Under the pieces are notes generated by a model, which was not told where the DNA came from, made no database searches, and saw only the letters and a program-made list of their open reading frames with translations. DNA of 64,000 nucleotides from Amphiscolops sp. MND2022 (lineage: Eukaryota), in contig OZ076409.1 in the NCBI GenBank assembly GCA_964187785.1, forward strand, positions 96,722,001 to 96,786,000, written 5' to 3'. Every line of letters starts with the position of its first letter. The first letter of the stretch is position 1. Of the stretch, positions 52,305 to 62,629 are shown one piece after another. Made by a program: the position numbers and the translations under genes.

Positions 52305-53195
52305 AACGAAAATTCGTCCCAAACGACAATTCGTCCCAAATTCCAAAAAGCGACAATTCGCCCCAAATTCTAAAAAGCGATAATTCGTCCAAAACTCCAA
52401 AAAGCGACAATTCGTCCCAAATTCCAAAAAGCGACAATTTGTCCCAAATTGAAAAAAAAGCGACAATTCGTGCCAAATTCCAAAAAGCAACAATTCGTCC
52501 CAAATTCTAAAAAGCGATAATTCGTCCAAAATTCCAAAAAGCGACAATTCGTCCCAAATTCCAAAAAGCGACAATTCGTCCCAAATTCCAAAAAGCGATA
52601 ATTCATCCCAAATTCCAAAAAGCGACAATTCGTCCCAAATTCTAAAAAGCGATAATTCGTTCATAATTCCCAAAAGCGACAATTCTTCCATATTCTAAAA
52701 ACCGATAATTCGTCCCAAATTCCAAAAAGCGATAATTCGTCCCAAATTCCAAAAAGCGATAATTCGTCCCAAATTCCAAAAAGCGACAATTCGTCCCAAG
52801 CGTCAATTCGCCTCATTGTGAAAAGACGACAATTCTTCCCATTTATTAAAAGCTGCAATTCGTCCCCAATTTAATTTCCAATTAAAACCTATGTAATGAT
52901 GAATCCAGAAATATTACATTTAGAGGCAGGTACCAACCATTAATACAATCCAATATTGAATAGTCCAATGAATAATCCAATTATTAGGGTCTCATTTCGG
53001 CAAAGTGGATAATCTTTTGTCACATTCTCAGTATTTCGAGACCAGTACGTTAGAACTCTTGGATTGCAATCTTCAAAAGGTTGTTAAATAATCGATCAAT
53101 TAAACAATTTGGGACGAATATAGCTTTTTACAAATGGGCCGAACTGCCGCTTGGGACGAATTGTCGCTTTTGGAATTTGGGATGAGGTGTCGCCC
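52305..53195. repeat. 27-bp minisatellite (cgacaattcgtcccaaattccaaaaag), ~18 units, with inverted copies at 53105-53195 (foldback-like)
   Basis: Units are directly visible; ttgggacgaattgtcgcttttggaatttggga is the reverse complement. Confidence 0.9.
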
Positions 53196-54369
53196 CTCCA
53201 CATTTCACCATACTAAAAATCATTTGTTCAATTGAGTATATAACAATATAAATAATGAGCCCAGAACAGTTCAAATTTTTAACTTACTGATACACTGTGA
53301 AAAAAACTGTTAACCGGTTAACCGGCATTACTTTTAATTACCGACCTGAAATTGATTTTGAGAAAAAATTCTGTTTCTGACAACACTTGGGCTGTTGAAT
53401 TAGAAATCACATGAAAATCTAATCAAAAGCAAAATATGTCTTTTGGTTTTTCCATCTTAATACTCAACTAAACCTCTCGAACTTCTATTTGAGTCAAAAT
53501 TGGTAGCTGTTATTTGTACTTCGCATTTTTTTTATTTTCCCTTTCGTTTCGTTTTTATTAATTTCGATTTTAATAAAAAAAACAATATCGGATACAATTG
53601 TTATATGCGATTCTACTACGGAAGTGGCATGGAATTACAATGAAACAGAGAAAACGGAACGCACGAAGCATTGCTACTTTAAAATCGTATTATTTGTAAA
53701 TAAAACACTAAAATTTTTTCAATGCTTCTGCCAACCATTTAGAAAGAAGCTGTTGTTACGTAATCACATTTTCAACAAAAAACAATCCGATCCTTCATAA
53801 GGATAGATCGTTTCAGAACGTTCACGAGACTAGAACTAATTAATCGTCGCTGAAAATACCATTACGACGCATAACCCTACACTTTTTGTGCAGCTCAAAG
53901 TTGAGCCGTTTGAGCAGTGGAATCCTGGGCCAAGCTTTAAAACATGCCAACCGCAAAGAGCGAAAGTCGCCGCGTGGAATTCAGGGACAAATACCGCAGT
54001 GTATAATTTCTCGCGATTTCAGTTGACGATAAGGCAAAATCGCGGAATCCGCTGCATTGGTCAGCTCGAAATCGTGGAATCCACTGCTTGCAGCGGATTC
54101 CGGGGCAGTGACAGCGGAATCCGGACCAGTACCAGCGGAATCCGGGGCAGTGTCAGCGGATTCCGCAGACTAATGCAAGCAAGTAATAAAATGTTTGTTT
54201 TGTGAAGCGGAATCCACTGACAGCTCTGCGTGACATTTGTTTCAAGTTGTATGACAGCGGAATCCGCAGACGAGCGCAGGCTAGTATAAAGCTTGCTGTA
54301 TACCTTTATTATTGTGTTTAATAGGGCGTATACAGTTTCTGGGTTTAGGATAAACAAGTCTCCTTGATG

Positions 54370-55230
54370 TATTATAGGCCTTCATGTATGGAATCCACTG
54401 TTGTCTCTGGGATTAAGATTACTGTCTCCATTATGTATTCTACTATGGTCTCTGGGATTAAGATTACTGAGATAAATTAAAATATGTATCATAATTCTGT
54501 ATTGCTCGTAATCTACTACTGTATTTTGTGTTTAATTGGATGTGTTTTAATCTAGTTCTATGATGAGAATCTATGATAATTTCATTGAATTCAAACTTTT
54601 GGAGCCTACTATGGTCTCTGGGATTCAGATTACTGAGATAAATTAAAATATGTATCATAATTCTGTATTGCTCGTAATCTACTACTGTATTTTGTGTTTA
54701 ATTGCATGTGTTTTAATCTAGTTCTATGATAAGAAACTATGATAATTTCATTGAATTCAAACTTTACTCTAACTATTTTGTACTCTCTTTTCGAAGACAA
54801 TTCTTCATCTGCACTAAATTGGCAGGTATTAATAAATGAGCATCAATGACACAATACAACCATGAAATAAAAGCCGACTAATTAATATACATTGTCTGAA
54901 ACCTCTACAGGGTGTATACAATTTCTGTGTTTAAGATAACTGTGTCTCCTTGATGTATTATAGGCCTGAATGTATTCTACTAAAGCCTCTTGGATTAGGA
55001 TTACTGTTTCCATTATGTATTTATTATAGGCCTACATGCTATTATTACTACATGTATGCTACTTTTGTCTCTGGGGTTAGGATTATGTATAATAAGTCTA
55101 CATGCTATTAATACTACATGTATACAACTATTGTCTCTGAGATTAAAATTACTGTCTCAATTATGTATTAAAGGCCTACATGCTACTAAAACTACATGTA
55201 CTCTACTATTTTCTCTGGGATTAGGATAAA
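54370..55230. repeat. Tandem repeats downstream of the partner gene (~184-bp dimer plus degenerate tctctgggattaagattactg units)
   Basis: 54438-54596 recurs at ~54606-54765. Confidence 0.8.
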
Positions 55231-55358
55231 TGATCTTGATTCTAAACTTGATTTATTATTTGATGCTAGCAGTATTAATAATAATACAAATACACACATG
55301 ATTATACACACATGAACATATATTCTTTATGTTTATAATGTTTATAAGAAACCCTCAT

Positions 55359-57731
55359 TTATAAGAAACCCTCATTGTGTTTAGAGTTGATATTGAGGAT
55401 TTCCCGATATTTTTCTTCATTCCGGAAGCGTCCTTCGCAAGAGTTTATTTGAACCTTGATGGTTCGGAAGAGAAAGTCTTGCGTCTCAGAGAATCGGATT
55501 GCTCTGATGAGGGTGTCCAGCGACTCTTCTCCGTCTCCTGGCAAGATGTCCCACCGCTCTCCAAAGAGTGAGTCCCACGAGCGATGGCAGCCGCGCAGTC
55601 CAGTTTCAATATGAGCAGCAAATCTGACCTAAACAATAACATGAACTCAAAAAACGATCATCTTGAATTGTTTCATTACTCCTAGTTAGCAAATAATTAA
55701 TGCTTTTCTTAATTGACCAATTTTGTTTTCACTTTGAATCCAGTTTCAATATGAGCAGCAAATCTGAACTAAACAATAACATGAACTCAAAAAACGATCA
55801 TCTTGAATTGTTTCAATGCTCTTAGTTAACAATTACTTAATGATTTTCTTAATTGACCAATTTTATTCTGAAATACGTACATTATCCCGAGCTGAATCTG
55901 CTTCGAATCCAACACATCGCCTGGTGAAAGGTGTTGCGGGGCACACATTGAAACTCGCAGAATGTTTTCTTCGACAAAGACCTATGGCCCGCTTGATGGC
56001 AGAAAATACTGCATATGCTCGATCAATGGGGCAAACCATGCTGTCTAGACTCACGGGGTCCAATGCTGTGTAATTTTCTTCCGGGAGCCTTACTGAAGAC
56101 GCTGGAACTCTGCTAGTGAAGTCCGCACTTTCATCCCATGTCAAACTGACAAATGCTTTCTTCCTTGAAATGACGTACTCCAGCATTTCAATAGTGCATA
56201 GGTATCCTCCTCTGTCCAAAGCCTTCTTGCCTTTAACAAGAATGCCGTTTGTGCACGGAGCGCAAGTCAATGGCACGCTTGTCCTGGTGTCTCCGTCCGG
56301 AAGCACGGGGATTAAATTGATCATGTCAATTTCTAAGGGCTTTTCCTTCTGAGAGCGGGGCTTTTTTGGAGCCGGCGGACGAGGAATCGAGTCGTCATCG
56401 TCGTCAACAACGTCTTCTCCTTTCGGGACGATGGCACTAACTTGCTGGACTGGGTTCCGTAGTACGGTGTACGAAACGTATCGAGGCATTTCGTCTTCTA
56501 CGGAAACCATCATCTGTTGTAGGAACGGATCATTAAGCAGTATTCGTCCATGCTTCACAACTGCAACGTCTTCCGATTCGTCTAAGAAGTCTACCTAAAT
56601 AAATAAAGGAATAAATCTAAATGCAGAGATCATTTCAAAAATGCCTAATTGCAGTGTATACAAATTTTACATGGAATAAATCCTACTTAGCGCAGAAATA
56701 AAAATTAGACCTGATAAATAACACTTCTCCTATTTCCAGAGGTGTACAATTTTACATGGACTAAGTCCTAATAGGTATCCCGAATACTCTTCTCCTAATC
56801 CCAGAGAAATACAATCAAACAATGTACATGTCACATTACGGTGCCATGCATAACCCAACACTTTTTGAAAAGAACGGAGTCGACTACTCACAGCATTTTG
56901 TACCTACATGACCTGGAATCCGCTGTTTTAAATAAATCCGATTAAATAAATCCGCTGTTTAAACATGGAATAAATCCTATTTAGCGCAGAAATAAAAATT
57001 AGACCTGATAAATAACACTTCTCCTATTTCCAGAGGTGTACAATTTTACATGGACTAAGTCCTAATAGGTATCCCGAATACTCTTCTCCTAATCCCAGAG
57101 AAATACAATCAAACAATGTACATGTCACATTACGGTGCCATGCATAACCCAACACTTTTTGAAAAGAACGGAGTCGACTACTCACAGCATTTTGTACCTA
57201 CATGACCTGGAATCCGCTGTTTTAAATGACGGATTTCAAAGACACACTTTATAACAAGTGCAGCGGAATCCCGGACAAATCTCTTTACATTAGGTTTTTA
57301 GTGGATTCCGGATGCAAATCCTATTATATTAGACAGCAGCGGATTCCGCAGTCGCTATTTTTAACCGCACTGATTTTCAAAAAATAAAAATTATTTGGAC
57401 TGACACTCACCTCATCGTCATGAACACAATGTTTGGGGTTGTACTCGAGTTGTACTGCCCTTGGTGTTTGTCGTCTGTCCTCTCTGGAAAGTATGGAGGA
57501 ATGTGTCTTTTCTATAACTTTTCGAAGGTTCCATAACGACTGATCTGTTCGCTTTTCCTCTGGTACCTCAATAGTTTCTGAAGGATAGATTGAAGTGTAG
57601 CCCATCCATTTTATTTTAACAGACCAGTCGCTAACGATGCCAATAATTTTAGCCTTTGTCCACCTAGATATACTCTCGTCAATAGCATGAACAATTTCGT
57701 TTGGACGAAAAATTTCCGCGGGCGTAGACAT
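55359..57731 (-). CDS. Three-exon ~434-aa protein with Tudor/chromo-barrel-like N-terminus (exons 57731-57411, 56594-55881, 55628-55359)
   Basis: All junctions are GT-AG and phase 0, giving one open frame (GAG|gtgagt..tttag|GTA; AAT|gtacgt..tttag|GTC). FRPNEIVHAIDESISRWTKAKII..VKIKWMGY resembles a Tudor barrel. Confidence 0.85.
56668..57227. repeat. Near-perfect ~295-bp tandem duplication in intron 1 of the partner gene
   Basis: acatggaataaatccta..gaatccgctgttttaaat occurs twice. Confidence 0.9.
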
Positions 57732-58033
57732 ACTGGTAAATAATATTCAGGTAAGGAAGGTAAACAGGTAGAGTAACTCGACAACTGTATAATGATAACA
57801 ACGACTGACTATCAGTAAAACTTTTAGTAAAAGCGAGGTGCTTAATTGACACCTGTCTATCGATTAGAGACGCATTATTACACCCTTTGGAAAGCGTCAC
57901 ATCATTTCGAAAAGCGTCCAGTTATTTGAAAAAGCGTCAAATAACACTTTAACGTGGTAATTGAGTTGAGGTGCGAACTTCTGATGTGATATTAACCTCT
58001 CCATTCTTATTTTAATTTTCATCTTCATCTCCA

Positions 58034-61000
58034 ATGGCAGGAGCAAGTTACATACAAAGTTTATGGGATCAACACTTGTTGATTGTCGAATGCAATAGGC
58101 AGTTTATCAACAGCGACATTCTAGAGAAGATATATCTTGCGGAAATAAATTCCAAGAACAGGTATCGTAATATGCTTACAGCTGTGAAACAAATTGTTAC
58201 TGGTACTTCGCTGGATCGAGATCCAGAAGCTTTGGTCAGAAGAGTCAAAACCAAAAAAGGAGGACGTGAAGCAGTCTACGTAGCTGCAAAAATAATGAAA
58301 CTTATCATAGTTTGCGGATTGAGAGATCACACATGGAACCAAGTCAGGAAAGACTTTGTCTCCTTTTTTTTCTCCCGAGAGCTTATTCCTGATGTTGACC
58401 CTTACAATGTGTCTTTCCCAAACAACGTCCCCATCAATGCGTCTGTACCAAACAACGTCCCCATCAATGGTTCTGTACCAAACAACGTCCACATCATTGC
58501 GTCTGTACCAAACAACGTCCCCATCAATGGTTCTGTACCAAACAACGTCCACATCAATGCGTCTGTACCAAACAACGTCACCTTCAATGCTCCTGCCACT
58601 AGCAACTCGTGTACTGTATGTCTGCATAGTATGCCTGTTTCATCTGGCACATCTGGCAGATCCATCAAACGGACTAACCTAATTAAGAGCAGACCGAAAC
58701 TTTCATTACGTAAAAATGCTCAGGATGTGTGTAAAGCCGGGGAAAAGTTGAACTTGAAGAGCTTTTGGAGACAAGTCATTTGGTGCATCAGGTACAAAGG
58801 GATTAGTATTCGTGGGTTGACTGAAGCAGCACACAGAGAAGCTGAACAAAGGAAGAGGCGTAATGGAGCATCCAAGAAGCAAAAGAACATCATAGGGGGG
58901 CTTATTGCTGGCTTGTTCAAGGACAGGGGTAACTGTTCTGACTTTCGCGACGCATTGGCAATTCATACGAAGACTGGTAACGTAAATGACGTAATCAACC
59001 TGATTCGTTCTCGATTGTCAGTTCCTGGCCTGGGCTTCAACTTGGTACCCTCAATTCGTACGGTTGTCACGTCCAATGCCAAATTCACCCAACATTTCAT
59101 TAAACTCTGTAATCCGGAGAGAACCTTTAGTGGATTCCGAGTGGATGTTGTTCGATGTGTCAAACTTGCTGCATACGCAATCCTTCAAACTACAAACATC
59201 TCGGGACTAAAAGTTGATATCTGGGGAGATGGTGCCGCAATTGGAGGAACAGAAGTAACAAGGCTGGCGTTCAGATTGATCTGTGAGGAAATAAGTGTGC
59301 AATCATCTGACAGTGTCTTCTGTTTTGCTGCGTACCGAGGCAAGGACAGCAGGTTTGCTTTAGAGCAAAACGTGGGATACGAAAAAGTTGGGGACCAAAC
59401 ATCCGGGTGGCTGTTCAAGCAGACTGTTGCGTTGAGAGAACTCGGCGTCAAATTGACTTATAGCGGAGACAACCCGTTCCTACTCAGGTGAGCAACATTT
59501 GATGCATGGTTGCAGCCTGATTCATGAAATCTGGATTTGAGAGAGATTCTTTCTGTTTATTCTCCTGCTGTTATGTCTTTGTAATGTTTTTGCTGTAATG
59601 TAATTTGAGAACTTCCTGAGCCTACAAGATCTCCAATTTTTTCTTACATTTAGGTTAATTCTTGGAATCTCAAACGATCGCAGCTCAGATTTCCCGTCAC
59701 TCATGCCACTGTTTCTGGGATCAGACGACACGTTTCTACCTACAACAGTCGATCCAAAATCTGGATACCGAAGCAATGTTCCAGTTCCTTTCCGCACTGA
59801 CCTACCTGCGACGTCTCTCGTAAGCTACGACGACATACGATGCGTTTGCCCTGATGTAACGCATATGATAACAAGATGTGTCGAGAATGACCTGAAAAAA
59901 ATTGCACAGAAGCTTGTTGATGACAAGCATCCCAAAGAGAAAGAGTCACTTGCGCGTTTGGAAGAAAATTTGACCAAACGAGATGTGAAAAAACCGCACT
60001 TTCAGTTCGATACGACTACCAAATCTGGACAGAAGGTGAAGACTGTCGGTGCGGTGTCACTTTCTGGGTCGGGAGCACTTACAGCAATTGCCGACAAAAA
60101 AGAGTTTGCTGATATGATTCCGGACATGACAAACTTATTCGAAGGTGTATGGAAAGACGAAGAAATATTAATTGGAAGCAATGACAATGAAAACTCCGTC
60201 AAGGTGCTGAAACAGATGTACCCGTCATTGTTTTCGAAACCAAATCCCACGAAGAAGAATGAAAACTATGGGTATATTTCTATTTCAGATGCAGCTGAGC
60301 TGTTGAGGGAAAGCCTCAACATGTGCACTATTCTTTTGCGCAGTTCACGGACCGGTCTTGACATTACAAGTTTCACCAAGTGGTCAGAGACGTATTATCA
60401 AGTCTCAATTTTACTTTTTGGCAAAGATAAAGGACTTACGCCTTACAAGCTGAAGATGCTACTTTATCCACAACTAATTGAAAGCGGACATATTATAACT
60501 CCTTGGAATCATATGTGCGAGGGTTTGGAGAAGTCTAACCATAATGCAAACAAAGCATTCCAGAGCAAGACGATGAGAGGCGGAGGAAAGCAGTCAACCC
60601 AGGACCCCCTTTTTTTCGAGCTTCAATTTTCCTTGCTGAAGCTATTCAGGAAACAATCCCTTAAAGCAAAACAAGTTTCAATTAACGATTTCCTATCGAA
60701 AGCCCGAGGAATTGTTGGCATCGCCAATCAAGCTGACGAAGAATCGAAGACTTACAATGATATTTGCCTGCAGCCTGTTTCGTGCGCTTCGATTGCTGTC
60801 GGTGAGACACGGAACAAGAAAAACCGATTTTTGGGATTGTACTTTTTTGTAGTGGGTAACTTTGGTTCAAAGAAAAATGAAGATGTCCAAAATGCGATAA
60901 CAGAGATGGGCGGAACAGTTTGCACCAAAGCAAGTGCTGAAACATTGTTATTTTCGCACTCAACTTGTCCAAACTGCTTTGTTGTTATGAAGGACGAAAA

Positions 61001-61391
61001 AGAATTGAGGAAGTCGACGGATACTCTCAAAGAATCAACGAACGATAAAGAGTTGATGGACGTGCCAAAGAAGTCTGTATCGGAAAATGCGGCAACTCCA
61101 ACAGGACTTCTATGTCGCAAATTTGCTGGAGGAGATTGGAAATTCATTCACTTTTCGTTTGTTTTTGATTCGTTAGAATCAGATCGCATCCTGGATCCGA
61201 AAAAGTACGAAATGTTACCCGGACCAAACGTCAAGAAATTGCAAGTTAAAGATGTTCGCCCTTTGTTAGCGAGGCAGTGCAGTGAACAAGGTCAAAAAGT
61301 TTCTGCTATCTCAGCCCTGAAGAGCCACAGAAACAAAAGAAAGATCGAAGAGGAAAAAGCAGCGGATACTGAGGAAACATTATCAACATGA
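58034..61391 (+). CDS. Two-exon ~1063-aa RAG1/Transib-like DDE transposase with C-terminal BRCT-like domain (exons 58034-59487, 59654-61391)
   Basis: Intron AG|gtgagc..tttag|G keeps the frame. Motifs in RAG1 order: VDIWGDG, YSGDNPFLLRLILGI, CPDVTHMITR, LTPYKLKM, CEGLEKSNH. BRCT-like FLGLYFFVVG..ITEMGGTV..WKFIHFSFVFDSLESDRILDPKKY. Confidence 0.8.
58410..58590 (+). repeat. In-frame 30-bp coding minisatellite (SVPNNVPINA, ~6 units)
   Basis: gtctgtaccaaacaacgtccccatcaatg repeats are visible. Confidence 0.95.
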
Positions 61392-61512
61392 ACCTAATTT
61401 CGTATGTTTCTTTTTGTTAGTTGTGTATATGTTCGTTTTCACAACATTTTTGTATATTTTGTTCTGTTCAATTGAGTTGTTCACGTACAAACTTATGTCG
61501 TTCTTCTTGAAA

Positions 61513-61712
61513 NNNNNNNNNNNNNNNNNNNNNNNNNNNNNNNNNNNNNNNNNNNNNNNNNNNNNNNNNNNNNNNNNNNNNNNNNNNNNNNNNNNNNNNN
61601 NNNNNNNNNNNNNNNNNNNNNNNNNNNNNNNNNNNNNNNNNNNNNNNNNNNNNNNNNNNNNNNNNNNNNNNNNNNNNNNNNNNNNNNNNNNNNNNNNNNN
61701 NNNNNNNNNNNN
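61513..61712. other. Assembly gap (200 N)
   Basis: Run of N. Confidence 1.
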
Positions 61713-61714
61713 TG

Positions 61715-62629
61715 TTGCGTGCCTGGGACGCACTCTCGACTACGGGACTCTGGATGGATGAGATATCAGACTTTTTGGAACAAAGCACGCTTTGCCAGGA
61801 GAAACTGCTAGCGCGAGCGCTAGCACAAATGCAGATCAATATTTCAGACGCCGTCGAATCAGAACCATTGACACCGCCAACAAAAGACATGGGGGTGGAC
61901 CCAATATCTTTGGACACCACAACCATATGGATTGCTTTGTGTATTGCTGAGACTTTGGCTGAATATCACGCCGATGATAATGGGTTGCGCGAGCGCAACC
62001 TCCACTCAAGTGATACGAAGAATGAACGAATATCAATCTCACCCTCCACTTCCTTATCGCAAGATTCTGTAAGCAACTCTCACTTCCCTGGAACAAAGTC
62101 CCTAATATCAACTACGAAGTTGCTACCGAATTTGCGGAAAGACTCCTTTGAGCCACATTCTGCTAAACGTGGGCTACAGGATTTTATTCAGGTGGACCCG
62201 CCAGTCTTTATCAATTGGTTGCCTGGTGGTTCAGCTAAAACTCGACCAACTGGTCATAGACGTGGTCGACCACCCCGCACAGACTGTGAGCACTCATGGA
62301 AAAAAGTTCTGTTGTCCCTTTACGATGGACGTCGCCGTGGCTGTCCACCACGCCAAGTTCTACCATGGTCGCTTCGACCGAAGGGCCGTCCTCCGAACAA
62401 CTATTTCCGTCTTGAGACAGACCCAGTCTCCAAGATTTTCTTTATCGGATTTCCTGATGCTTCATGCTTGTTGCATGTCCTGCTGCTATTGGATGGTGAT
62501 GTCTATCCAGTCCAAACCACACTCCACTTCTTTTCAAAGGGGGAGGAGGTGTCGTCAACGCTTAATCTTTCCTGCTGCATTTTTATGTCAGGCATTCAAT
62601 TTTGTCCATTCCTCACTATCCTCATGTGA
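61715..62629 (+). CDS. Open frame of unknown function with AT-hook-like GRPP motifs, 5'-truncated by the gap
   Basis: 304-codon ORF containing RRGRPPR, RRRGCPP and KGRPP. Confidence 0.35.
   Translation: MRAWDALSTTGLWMDEISDFLEQSTLCQEKLLARALAQMQINISDAVESEPLTPPTKDMGVDPISLDTTTIWIALCIAETLAEYHADDNGLRERNLHSSDTKNERISISPSTSLSQDSVSNSHFPGTKSLISTTKLLPNLRKDSFEPHSAKRGLQDFIQVDPPVFINWLPGGSAKTRPTGHRRGRPPRTDCEHSWKKVLLSLYDGRRRGCPPRQVLPWSLRPKGRPPNNYFRLETDPVSKIFFIGFPDASCLLHVLLLLDGDVYPVQTTLHFFSKGEEVSSTLNLSCCIFMSGIQFCPFLTILM

Larger units (their letters stand above)
53875..61512. mobile_element. Putative two-gene DNA transposon with RAG1/Transib-like transposase; right end not visible (assembly gap)
   Basis: Cluster of gcggaatcc/gcggattcc motifs at 53915-54270 (again at 57200-57350), followed by two intact divergent genes. 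Confidence 0.65.

Noticed and set aside
52305..52870. 27-bp repeat array as a CRISPR array or as coding ORFs (WDELSLFGI repeats)
   Set aside because: No unique spacers, no cas genes, eukaryotic context. The ORFs arise because the unit length is divisible by 3.
53293..53312. cactgtg(aaaaaaac) as an RSS-like/Transib terminus
   Set aside because: No matching opposite end or properly spaced nonamer found; a lone heptamer is expected by chance.
55359..57731. Partner gene as RAG2-like
   Set aside because: No kelch repeats or PHD Cys pattern seen, and the orientation is divergent rather than convergent.
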